From a virus (lineage: Duplodnaviria; Caudoviricetes): DNA of 50,978 nt. Positions 1-8,570 of this stretch are shown here, piece after piece (positions within the stretch are counted from its first letter, which is position 1; every line of letters starts with the position of its first letter). The notes under the pieces are model-generated. The model saw only the letters and a list, made by a program, of their open reading frames with translations, ran no database searches and was not told the origin of the DNA. Location: positions 1-50,978 of IMG/VR virus record IMGVR_UViG_3300023223_000589. One strand, given 5' to 3'. Both the position numbers and the translations under genes were made by a program.

Positions 1-83
1 TAACGTTCTCGCAAATAATGTATCTCTGGGCTTCATGGCTGCAATTCTTCGCTTTATACACGGCATGGTATAAGCTTTTTTCC
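1..83. repeat. Left terminal inverted repeat (fold-back copy of 276-357)
   Basis: 1-74 is the exact reverse complement of 284-357; pairing extends to 83/276 past a 1-nt bulge. Confidence 0.95.
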
Positions 84-147
84 GTATCTCAGTATTTTTT
101 TTAGTTAAAAGTTCGAAAACGGCTTAACAGGCGCTTCTCAGATGGGG

Positions 148-243
148 TTTAGAAAATCCTAGCGATTGGCCAGGGCACTTTTAGAAATTTAAAAAAATCC
201 TAGTTTTATTTTTTGGAAAAATATTGATTTAAAAAAATCCTGG
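148..243 (+). repeat. Three direct repeats TTTA(G/AA)AAAATCCT(A/G)G at ~40-bp spacing
   Basis: Copies start at 148, 188 and 228. Confidence 0.75.
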
Positions 244-257
244 ATATACAATATTTT

Positions 258-446
258 ATGAATTATGACTTATGTGGAAAAAACTTATACCATGCCGTGT
301 ATAAAGCGAAGAATTGCAGCCATGAAGCCCAGAGATACATTATTTGCGAGAACGTTAAGATAGCGAAAAGGGAAATCGAATCTTATGATGTTGAAAATTT
401 TACAATTAAAGCGGTTCAAGAAGATATTTCAATAGTCGTTATCTAA
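258..446 (+). CDS. Hypothetical protein, 62 aa
   Basis: ORF track; no clear RBS. Confidence 0.4.
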   Translation: MNYDLCGKNLYHAVYKAKNCSHEAQRYIICENVKIAKREIESYDVENFTIKAVQEDISIVVI

Positions 447-490
447 AAAAATGTCACACTATTCCGTATAGACCAATAGAGAGGTTTATC

Positions 491-628
491 ATGGAAAATG
501 ACAAATATGTAATTCCTGAACATTTACAAGATTTTGAGAAAATACTAGAAGAATATGAAAAAAGAAAGGAACAGCGTATTTTGTTGAATATTCTACATTG
601 GGTTTTTTCTGAAAAAAGTGAGGATTGA
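491..628 (+). CDS. Small hypothetical protein (MENDKYVIPEHLQ...)
   Basis: GAGAGG RBS upstream of ATG; below ORF-track cut-off. Confidence 0.55.
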   Translation: MENDKYVIPEHLQDFEKILEEYEKRKEQRILLNILHWVFSEKSED

Positions 629-658
629 CTAGAATATTTTATAGTTATCGCATATGAT
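629..658 (+). promoter_or_regulatory. Phage promoter: 16-bp box CTAGAATATTTTATAG + 8 nt + TATGAT
   Basis: Same architecture at 30062, 43709 and 46401. Confidence 0.7.
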
Positions 659-664
659 AATTAT

Positions 665-857
665 GTTCGACCCCGAATGCAAGGGAGAAGAGGGCTATTT
701 GAAAGATAATAGAAGTCTCACGAACCGCCGGGGGGAGGCAGACCCTGTTATTACTTTTTAAGATTTGAACACAGTGGGGCTTATCTACCTGGAAGGGTGA
801 TAACGGCGCATCACAAAATTTGAGGGTGTGTTACACGGGCAGTGCCCACTTTGTTCT
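665..857 (+). ncRNA. Putative structured ncRNA (two multi-stem domains) upstream of tRNA
   Basis: Stems GTTCG(665)/CGAAC(725), CTATT/AATAG, GAACACAGTGGG/CCCACTTTGTTC, TTATC-ACC/GGT-GATAA, GGCGCATC/GGTGTGTT; no ORF; GC-richer than flanks. Confidence 0.5.
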
Positions 858-864
858 TTTATAC

Positions 865-936
865 GGGCCATAGTTTAAAGGTAAAACCCCAGCTTTCTAA
901 ACTGGAGATTTCGGTATCGAATCCGATTGGCCCACC
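865..936 (+). tRNA. tRNA-like gene, probable anticodon TCT (Arg), atypical
   Basis: GGGCCA/TGGCCC acceptor, T8A9, D-stem GTTT/AAAC with GG loop, CCAG/CTGG anticodon stem around TTTCTAA, T-arm TCGG-TATCGAAT-CCGA, 3' ACC. Confidence 0.75.
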
Positions 937-940
937 TTTT

Positions 941-1597
941 TCAAACAAAAAATTTCAAATTCTTCTTAAAAATCTTCTGCCCTTTTTTCAAGGTTTTCCG
1001 TGTTGATGGCTCAAGCCATTGTTTCTTTTTGATAGTCACATGAGATTTCCGCAAATCCTGAATCATGGTGATTGTTCGCTTTTTACTACCCTCAAGCCTA
1101 AAAAGACCCTTAACCCGCCCTTTTTTGCCCATAAAGTTCAATTTCATTACACTTTTGTCATTTCTAATACGTGCGTTCCTGATTTGCTGTCTGACTGCCA
1201 CAATTCCCGAGGCCCTACGTGTTGCCCCTCCCAATCGATTGATTTTATTTGGACCTCTGACAACCCGCCGCCGGCTTTTGGTGACCCTGGCCTTTTGCGT
1301 TGGTATATGGCCAACTTTTAACGATGCGTTACCAAATTCCTGATCCGCCATGTATTTTTGCAAACTTCCAACCGCTGAAGAACTACTTGGGGAATTCGTG
1401 GCCTTTCTAAAAATAATACTTCTTAGTGTGAATTTATTTCTATTGATGAATTCTTTTCCTACAAATTTCTTGGCGTTCTTCTGAGCATCCCGGGCCATAT
1501 CATTAAGCGTATTACGCCTCAGTGTTGGAAACTTCTTTTCCATTTTTTGATATTGTTTGATGACTTTATTAAGCCCTTTTATTCGGATTTCGCTCAT
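941..1597 (-). CDS. Basic neck/tail-completion protein (HK97 gp10 / lambda gpZ-like)
   Basis: N-term IRIKGLNKV...TLNDMARDAQ, YMADQEFG, C-term KKKQWLEPS pattern; very basic. Confidence 0.55.
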   Translation of the reverse strand: MSEIRIKGLNKVIKQYQKMEKKFPTLRRNTLNDMARDAQKNAKKFVGKEFINRNKFTLRSIIFRKATNSPSSSSAVGSLQKYMADQEFGNASLKVGHIPTQKARVTKSRRRVVRGPNKINRLGGATRRASGIVAVRQQIRNARIRNDKSVMKLNFMGKKGRVKGLFRLEGSKKRTITMIQDLRKSHVTIKKKQWLEPSTRKTLKKGQKIFKKNLKFFV

Positions 1598-1647
1598 AAA
1601 ATCATTTTACTTGTTTTTTATTCGGAAAGTGGATAATATTTAAGGAG

Positions 1648-1781
1648 TAATGCAAAGCCTGATTGGCTTCAATGGGTGTATGATTTTAGGCCTTCTGGCC
1701 GATTTTCCTTAATTACCTAATGGATTACCCTTTTTAGTGGGGAAGTGTTGAAACTAACTAAAACGGGCTTTGTATTATTTT
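1648..1781 (+). promoter_or_regulatory. Long structured leader/hairpin ahead of the methylase-terminase operon
   Basis: TAATGCAAAGCCTG (1648-1661) pairs with CGGGCTTTGTATTA (1764-1777); inner stems; followed by TTTT and AGGAG. Confidence 0.55.
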
Positions 1782-1798
1782 AGGAGAAGAAGGGGAAG

Positions 1799-2551
1799 AT
1801 GTTTGATTTAAGAATGGGCGATTGTCTGGATATTATGCCAGATATTCCCGATGGTTCGGTTGATATGATTTTGACTGACCCGCCTTATGGTACTACAGCT
1901 TGTAAATGGGATTTAATTATTCCCTTCCGGCCAATGTGGGAGCAATTGAAGCGGATTATCAAGCCAAACGGGGCCATTGCTTTATTTGGCTGTGAACCTT
2001 TCAGCAGTTTAATGCGATGCAGTAACCTAAAACAGTTTAAATATGATTGGGTTTGGCAAAAAGATAAGGCGACAAATCATCTTAATGTCAAACGGCAACC
2101 GATGAGAAGAAACGAGTTGATAAGCGTTTTCTATAAAAAACAGTGCACATATAATCCCCAATTGTCAAAAAAAGACCCTAAAAGCGTAAGGCCACCAACC
2201 ATTAAACGAAAACAGGTCGAAAATTATGGAGCTATGACCGCAGCATCTGTGAGGGATATCCCGGTGGATATGACTTATCCACATGAAACACTGCAATATA
2301 GAGGGTGTTTTGGCGACAAGGGGAAATCTATCCACCCAACCCAAAAACCCGTTGAGCTTCTTAGCTACCTAATAGCCACATACACAAAAAAGGGCGATAC
2401 TGTATTAGATTTCACAATGGGCAGCGGCAGCACTGGAATTGCCGCCCACAATCAAGGCTGTAATTTCATAGGCATAGAAAAAGACGAAAAGTATTTCAAC
2501 ATAGCCAAAAACCGTATAGAGCAACATTTGGCCCAAAAAGTTTTATTTTAA
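1799..2551 (+). CDS. DNA methyltransferase, N6-adenine/N4-cytosine (beta class)
   Basis: DPPY catalytic motif, HPTQKP, VLDFTMGSGSTG SAM-binding motif. Confidence 0.95.
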   Translation: MFDLRMGDCLDIMPDIPDGSVDMILTDPPYGTTACKWDLIIPFRPMWEQLKRIIKPNGAIALFGCEPFSSLMRCSNLKQFKYDWVWQKDKATNHLNVKRQPMRRNELISVFYKKQCTYNPQLSKKDPKSVRPPTIKRKQVENYGAMTAASVRDIPVDMTYPHETLQYRGCFGDKGKSIHPTQKPVELLSYLIATYTKKGDTVLDFTMGSGSTGIAAHNQGCNFIGIEKDEKYFNIAKNRIEQHLAQKVLF

Positions 2552-3132
2552 TGGTTGATTTAGTAGGAAAAGCAGAACTTGCCAAAATGGGCAAAGTGGC
2601 TTCGGCGTTAATCTCTCGCAATATCAGAAAAGGGAGTATTTGGTATCCCGCCTACGACAAAGAAGCTAAACAAATCGATGCTGACCACCCTGTAATTCAA
2701 GAATGGTTAGATAAACGGGCTTCCATGAAAAGCCCCGACGATATGATGCTTAAAGATTATGAGCATTTGACATTAAAAGAAATTATCACGGAATACGGCT
2801 CAATTCCCCAATTTCAAGACCTTTGTAAAACCTATAAGACAATTGCCGATACTGAGCTCCGAAAGATTCAAATTGACCAAAACAGGGGCGATTTAGTCAG
2901 CCGGGAGCATGTGAGCAAAGTTTGTTTTGGATATCTCGAAACCTTAAATAAAAGACTTCTAGAAATGCCGGCTGGCAGAACCCCTAAGATTATAGCCCTG
3001 GTCGAATCTGGCGCCGTGGATGTTAAAGAACAGCTCATTGCATCATTAGTAAAAGAAATTGCCAAAATAATCAAAGGTACAAAACGTGATCTATTGGAAC
3101 GAATAAGCGATGATTTCACAGAGCAAGATTGA
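2551..3132 (+). CDS. Terminase small subunit (Nu1-like)
   Basis: N-terminal HTH-like segment, RGDLVSRE motif, directly upstream of TerL. Confidence 0.75.
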   Translation: MVDLVGKAELAKMGKVASALISRNIRKGSIWYPAYDKEAKQIDADHPVIQEWLDKRASMKSPDDMMLKDYEHLTLKEIITEYGSIPQFQDLCKTYKTIADTELRKIQIDQNRGDLVSREHVSKVCFGYLETLNKRLLEMPAGRTPKIIALVESGAVDVKEQLIASLVKEIAKIIKGTKRDLLERISDDFTEQD

Positions 3133-4972
3133 CAAAGAATATATTCTTGAGCAAATAGGCCTTTTGACTGATGACAAGGTTGTTTATAAGGTCAGTGAGT
3201 GGGCGGAAGCAAAACGATATCTCCCTTCAGAGCTGAGCCCCTTACATGGTTTTTGGGACAACGCCAATAATCCGGCCATGGTCGAAATAATGGACTGTAT
3301 GAGCGAAAACAGCCCTATAAGAGAATTAGCCCTTAAAAAAGGCGCTCAAGTGGGATGGACCACGGCAGTCATTGAAAACTTCCTTGGTTACATTATCGAT
3401 TACTGCCCAGGGCCTACAATGTTTGTTACCGCTACCAAAGACATGGCTGAAAAGGCTGTTGAGTTGCGTATCGATAGGATGATTCAAAACGCTGGTTTGA
3501 TGGATAAGATTTATGCCCAAAACCAACAGGCGGATAAATATAACCGTAAAACCGGAAACACCAAAAGTAAAAAAGAATTCGCCGGCGGCTTTATATTGCC
3601 GGTTGGCTCAAATAGCCCAAACTCATTGCGTATGACCTCTGTTAAGAATCTTCTAATGGATGAGATCGACGCCTTTCCCGCTTCAGCCGGTAAAGAGGGT
3701 GACCCCATCGCTTTGGCCGAAAAAAGAACTAACGCATATATGCATCAACGTAAGGTTTTATATGGAAGCACACCCCTAATAAAAGGGGTCAGTAAAATTG
3801 ATAAATTGTATAAAAGAGGGGATCAACGGCATTATCTCGTTCCATGTAAAGATTGTGGAGAGTTTCAACAACTTGTTTGGGAACAGATATCTTATGAGCG
3901 TGACGACGATGGATTTTTGATACTCGATAGCGTGTTTTATGTTTGTAAGGAATGCGGGTGCACCTGGAAAAACGCCGATAAAGAAAACTTTTTACCAAAA
4001 GGAAAATGGGTCGCAACGGCCAGAAGTGTAAACCCAAATTTTAGGAGTTATCATTTAAGCGGTCTCTATAGCCCCGTGGGCACCTATGATTGGGAAAAGG
4101 CGGTTGAAGATTGGATTGATGCGCAAACGGACGTTGAAAAGCTTAAAACCTTTGTAAATACGGTCATTGGCGAACCGTGGGAGGAAAAAGGTAAGAAGAA
4201 CGATTACAGGGTTATCAATAAAAAACGCCAAGAGTACCAAAGCGGTACGGTCCCCCCAGAGGTTATTTGTCTAACGGCGGCGGTGGACGTTCACGACAAT
4301 CTGTTTTATATAGAAATCGTTGGATGGGCTAGAAATCAGGTCACCTATTCAATCGATTGGATTAAATTAGAAGTTGACAATGAAGCCTTTTCAAGTCCTG
4401 GTTGGGATGCCCTGGATGATGTATTAAGTAAAAAATACGGAGATCTAAATATTTTAATGGCCTTCGTGGACAGTGGATACAAAACAGATAAGGTTTATGC
4501 TTTTTGCTCAAGGTTTACAACTGGAGTTTACCCGTGTAAAGGCGGTTCAAAATTCACCGGAAAGAATGCCTATAAAACAAGTGATATAGCCGGGGAGGAC
4601 AATTTAACGCTTATCGTTTTGGCCGGAGATTATTATAAAAACAAGTTGTTTAGCTGGTTGAATTTAGAGAAAAAGAAAGATGGTGAAATCCCTTATGGCT
4701 ATCCGTTTTACCCTAACGATTACACCGATGAGTTTTTTAAGGGTTACGAAAATGAAATATTAATGGAGCAAGTGGATAAACTGGGCAACATCGTCGGCCA
4801 CAGGTGGGAAAGGCGGACAACTAAGGCCTTTAATGAGCCGTGGGATGTTAGGGTATATGCCATGGCCGCTTTTGATTATCAGGTCGATCAGGTGAGGGCG
4901 GAAGAGTGCGAGGAAGACGAAGACTTTTCAATTGATGAGTTTTTTAATTACATAGAAGCGGGGAATTCTTAA
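3110..4972 (+). CDS. Terminase large subunit, lambda GpA family
   Basis: KGAQVGWT Walker A, LLMDEID Walker B, GSTP, CxxC pairs, AVDVH and DSG nuclease motifs. Confidence 0.95.
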   Translation: MISQSKIDKEYILEQIGLLTDDKVVYKVSEWAEAKRYLPSELSPLHGFWDNANNPAMVEIMDCMSENSPIRELALKKGAQVGWTTAVIENFLGYIIDYCPGPTMFVTATKDMAEKAVELRIDRMIQNAGLMDKIYAQNQQADKYNRKTGNTKSKKEFAGGFILPVGSNSPNSLRMTSVKNLLMDEIDAFPASAGKEGDPIALAEKRTNAYMHQRKVLYGSTPLIKGVSKIDKLYKRGDQRHYLVPCKDCGEFQQLVWEQISYERDDDGFLILDSVFYVCKECGCTWKNADKENFLPKGKWVATARSVNPNFRSYHLSGLYSPVGTYDWEKAVEDWIDAQTDVEKLKTFVNTVIGEPWEEKGKKNDYRVINKKRQEYQSGTVPPEVICLTAAVDVHDNLFYIEIVGWARNQVTYSIDWIKLEVDNEAFSSPGWDALDDVLSKKYGDLNILMAFVDSGYKTDKVYAFCSRFTTGVYPCKGGSKFTGKNAYKTSDIAGEDNLTLIVLAGDYYKNKLFSWLNLEKKKDGEIPYGYPFYPNDYTDEFFKGYENEILMEQVDKLGNIVGHRWERRTTKAFNEPWDVRVYAMAAFDYQVDQVRAEECEEDEDFSIDEFFNYIEAGNS

Positions 4973-5013
4973 TTTTGTGTATAATTGCATAAAATAAGCG
5001 ATTAAAGGAAATT

Positions 5014-5253
5014 ATGGCAACGGCTGCAGAATTAAAGGTAAAGATTACAAATGTTGAAGCGGCAATTAATGCCGTTTTACTCGGTCAGGAATACACTTTT
5101 GATACGGGAATGAGTGTTCAGAAGATGAAAAGGGCCGATCTTCCTGGGCTACAATCTCTGCTTAATATGTATGAAAGTCAGTTGAGCGTTAAAGAGCTTC
5201 AGGAAAATAATTGCCAGATTACCCGGGGCATTGCAGGGAGAATAGATTGTTAA
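5014..5253 (+). CDS. Head completion protein (gpW-like)
   Basis: 79 aa between TerL and portal; GQEY...RADL motif. Confidence 0.75.
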   Translation: MATAAELKVKITNVEAAINAVLLGQEYTFDTGMSVQKMKRADLPGLQSLLNMYESQLSVKELQENNCQITRGIAGRIDC

Positions 5254-6923
5254 AAGGCATTTTATCGAAGCTTGGTTATGAAAAAAAACCTGATCCGGTG
5301 ACGGCTATAGAGGCCCCAGATGTTCACGAAGAATCAGAAAAAGGGGCTTTTCACACAGCCTTTAACGGTTCCTTTGGATCATCTCCATTTGCCCAAGGCG
5401 TTTTTGGTGGCGAAACCATATCAGGCGGCATTAGAAACAAAGTCGATTACAATCATCTGGGAAGTATTGACTATTACTCTTTAAGGGCATTAAGCAGAAA
5501 ATTATTTGTTGAAAATAAATATGCCGGAATGGCTCTAGGTCGATTGGCTACAAATGTACTAAATGAGGGGTTGAAACCAGAATCAATTCCCCCAACTTCA
5601 ATAACTGGATTTGATGACGAAGCAACGGTTAATTGGACTGAAAAGCTAGAAACTCTGTTTAAACTTTATGCAGAGGATGAAATGGTTGATTGGGAAAGAG
5701 TGCATAATTTTTCCGCCTTACAAAAAGTGGTTTATATGGAATCGCTAGTTGAAGGTGACGTTCTGATTCAATTAAAAGTCAATGAAGAAACCGGATTGCC
5801 TTCAATTAAAGTCGTGTCAGGTAGACATGTCGCAACAGGTATTAATTCCGACAAGTTAAAAGCTAAGGGTAATACAGTTGAATTCGGTGTTGAGCTTGAC
5901 AAAAAGCGCCGCCATATAGCCTACCACGTTTTAGAGCGTAATAAGTTGGGTTTTGTAGGCACCGAAGCTGTAAGAATTTTGGCAAAAGGTAGAAATACCG
6001 GACGGCCCAACACTTTTTTGGTTTATGAGAGCCCACCCCCGGCGGGTAAGGTTCGAGGCTTTCCGATTCTTACTAGAATTCTTCAGGCAACAGACCAGAT
6101 TGAAACATATGCTATTTACGAAATGGAAGCTTCTAAGCTTAATGCGAGTTTGGCTATGTGGGTTGAAAAGACCAAAGAAAGAGCTGGATCAAATCCTTTG
6201 GCCGGCGTGGGTAAAAGAAATGCAGAAGATGCCTTTGACGGCATCCCTAAAACTTCAGTTGAAGCCGGTATGCTTGTTAAAGAGGTTGCCTATGGCGAAA
6301 AACTCAACAGTTTTAAGACAGATAGGCCAAACGTAAATTTTAAAGCGTTTAAAGATACGGTATTAGAAGATATCGCCGCCGCTCTGGAAATACCCCCCGA
6401 AATTCTACAGTTGAAATTTGGAAATAACTTTAGCGCAAGTCGCCAAGCGGAGATTGAATTTAAAACATATGTCAGGAAAGCTAGGAAATATTTCTCTGAC
6501 CAGTTCAATAAAAAATTCTATAATCAATGGCTTACAGGTATGGTTTTCCGTGGTCTTATTCAGGCAAATGGATATATTGAGGCGGTTAATAGTGGGAATC
6601 TGTTTACCCGTAACGGCTGGCAGTTGTCTAAATGGATTGGTTTTGTCAAGCAAAATGTTGACATTTTCAAAGAAGCTAAGGCGTATGAGCTTTATATTGA
6701 AATGGGAATTATGACCAGAGAACAGGCGGCGGGAGAGTTGACAGAGGCGGATTATAGATCTGCAGTCAAACGTCTATTGGTAGAGAATGAAATGCTTGCC
6801 TTGGCTAAAGAACCATTGCCGGGAGATATCAACACAAGTAAATCGATTGTGGCTGATAACCAACAACAAGAAGAAGAAGATGAAGAAGAAAATAACAATA
6901 ACAACAATAAGGGGAGTAATTAG
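5247..6923 (+). CDS. Portal protein, lambda family
   Basis: GVELD..RHIAYHV, RGFP, NFSASR, VDIFKEA motifs; likely TTG start at 5247 after GGGAGA. Confidence 0.9.
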   Translation: MLKGILSKLGYEKKPDPVTAIEAPDVHEESEKGAFHTAFNGSFGSSPFAQGVFGGETISGGIRNKVDYNHLGSIDYYSLRALSRKLFVENKYAGMALGRLATNVLNEGLKPESIPPTSITGFDDEATVNWTEKLETLFKLYAEDEMVDWERVHNFSALQKVVYMESLVEGDVLIQLKVNEETGLPSIKVVSGRHVATGINSDKLKAKGNTVEFGVELDKKRRHIAYHVLERNKLGFVGTEAVRILAKGRNTGRPNTFLVYESPPPAGKVRGFPILTRILQATDQIETYAIYEMEASKLNASLAMWVEKTKERAGSNPLAGVGKRNAEDAFDGIPKTSVEAGMLVKEVAYGEKLNSFKTDRPNVNFKAFKDTVLEDIAAALEIPPEILQLKFGNNFSASRQAEIEFKTYVRKARKYFSDQFNKKFYNQWLTGMVFRGLIQANGYIEAVNSGNLFTRNGWQLSKWIGFVKQNVDIFKEAKAYELYIEMGIMTREQAAGELTEADYRSAVKRLLVENEMLALAKEPLPGDINTSKSIVADNQQQEEEDEEENNNNNNKGSN

Positions 6924-8126
6924 ATGTTTTTACTAGAAAAAAACTTTGCAAAAATGTTTGTTCCCGCTTATTGCAAGGGTGACCGGGATTATTTGGCGGC
7001 ATTACCAGAGATTGAAATATTTGAGCATCCCGACCCTTCCGATAGGGACGAAAAGCGCAATGTAAGAATAAGTAACGGCATTGCGACCATTAATATATTA
7101 GGTGTTTTAGGCGATGGAATCCCTAGTTGGATGTCTCATACCAGTTATGTAAGCATCGTCGAGGGGATTCGTATTGCCGAGGCGGACGAAAGCGTAGAGG
7201 AAATATTTTTTAACGCAGACGGACCAGGCGGCTTTGTTTCTGGTTGGATGCCGGCGGCGTTGGCCATTGCCAATACCACCAAGCCAACAACCGCAATAGT
7301 TGGAAATATGGCTGCAAGCGCAACATGGATGCTGATTGCCATGGCAGATAAGATTATTGCCAGGGATAATTTAACCTCTATCGGAAGTATTGGCGTAGCC
7401 GCTGAATATATGGACCTAACAAGAATGTTTCAGGATATGGGCATTGATATTCATACATTTACAAATGATGAATCCAAAGACAAAAGGCCTGATCTTTCCA
7501 CCGTGTCAGGGCGCCAAGTTATCCAAGATGGCATCAATGATGTGTACCATGAAATTGAAGCATTAATTGCTCAGGGTCGAGGGGTCACGATAGATTTTTT
7601 AAGGGAAAATTTCGGAGCTGGCAGAGTGATGCTTGCAAAAGATGCTCTATCGGCTAAAATGGTAGATGAAATTAAGCAAAAGGCAATGTTGTCAGACGGT
7701 CGAACATTAGAAACCGAAGATATAACACAGGAGAACGAAGAAATGGAAATCATTAAGAACATCCAAGATTTAAAAGCCGCTCACCCTTCACTTTGTGAAG
7801 AGCTTTCAAAGGCCTCGGCTTCTGATGCTTATACAAAAGGCCTTGAGGAAGGTAAGACCGCTGAAAAGAAACGTGTTAATGATTGGGCTGTCTTTGCTGA
7901 AGTTGAGACTGAGGCCGTTATCGCCGGTATTAAAGGTGATGAGGAAATTGCCGGTTCAACTACTGCTATTTATGCCGCTAAAAAAGTACAACAAGATACT
8001 CTCAAAAAAATGTCTGATGAAAATGGCCCAGATGTTGACACAGGCACAGTTAAAGACGATGAAATCCAGACGCAAAAAGATGCTGATTTTGAAGCCGCTC
8101 TTGATGCCGAACTAGCGAAGAAGTAA
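6924..8126 (+). CDS. Prohead protease (S49/ClpP-like) with C-terminal scaffold region
   Basis: DGPGG, AASA, GSIGV motifs; LKAAHP scaffold-like C-terminus with possible internal start. Confidence 0.9.
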   Translation: MFLLEKNFAKMFVPAYCKGDRDYLAALPEIEIFEHPDPSDRDEKRNVRISNGIATINILGVLGDGIPSWMSHTSYVSIVEGIRIAEADESVEEIFFNADGPGGFVSGWMPAALAIANTTKPTTAIVGNMAASATWMLIAMADKIIARDNLTSIGSIGVAAEYMDLTRMFQDMGIDIHTFTNDESKDKRPDLSTVSGRQVIQDGINDVYHEIEALIAQGRGVTIDFLRENFGAGRVMLAKDALSAKMVDEIKQKAMLSDGRTLETEDITQENEEMEIIKNIQDLKAAHPSLCEELSKASASDAYTKGLEEGKTAEKKRVNDWAVFAEVETEAVIAGIKGDEEIAGSTTAIYAAKKVQQDTLKKMSDENGPDVDTGTVKDDEIQTQKDADFEAALDAELAKK

Positions 8127-8137
8127 GGAGCTAAGAA

Positions 8138-8548
8138 ATGGCTAATCCAAATATTTTAAATATTGATCATAGACAACTTCCAGCGGGTGATAATCGTTGG
8201 ATTGATGTTACTTTAGCGCAAGGCGAATCGGTTGTTAAAAATCAGGCCCTTGGCATTGAAACCTCTGGTCGTGAATGGGCCGCTTTGCAAAGCGCCGCTT
8301 CAGATGGTTCCCAGCTAATCCGTGGTTTTGCCGCTGAAACAGTGGACGCCACTGCCGCCCCCCTAACAATTCGTGTTTTGATTGAAGGTGATGTTGATGA
8401 TTCTCAGATCATTTTCGATGGATCAGATACTCTCACAACCGTTCCAGCACTTCCAACCGGTCAAACAGATGATTATTTTACTCAATTGCGTGACTATGGA
8501 ATGTTTGCCAAAACTCTCAAAGATCACTATATCCAAGATAATCAGTAA
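8138..8548 (+). CDS. Head decoration protein (gpD-like)
   Basis: Position between protease and capsid; ASDGSQ motif. Confidence 0.75.
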   Translation: MANPNILNIDHRQLPAGDNRWIDVTLAQGESVVKNQALGIETSGREWAALQSAASDGSQLIRGFAAETVDATAAPLTIRVLIEGDVDDSQIIFDGSDTLTTVPALPTGQTDDYFTQLRDYGMFAKTLKDHYIQDNQ

Positions 8549-8570
8549 TTAAGAAGGAAAGAAGAAGAAA

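Noticed and set aside
893-901. Amber-suppressor tRNA implying TAG recoding of the genome
   Set aside because: Core genes are intact in the standard code and TAG ends genes at sensible places (e.g. 6923, 29141, 29526); the centred anticodon is TCT
1650-1712. 20-aa leader peptide MQSLIGFNGCMILGLLADFP
   Set aside because: AGGAG is only ~2 nt from the ATG and the start is buried in the long stem; RNA structure explains the region better
6858-6910. CAA/GAA/AAC trinucleotide runs at the portal C-terminus
   Set aside because: Ordinary low-complexity disordered tail
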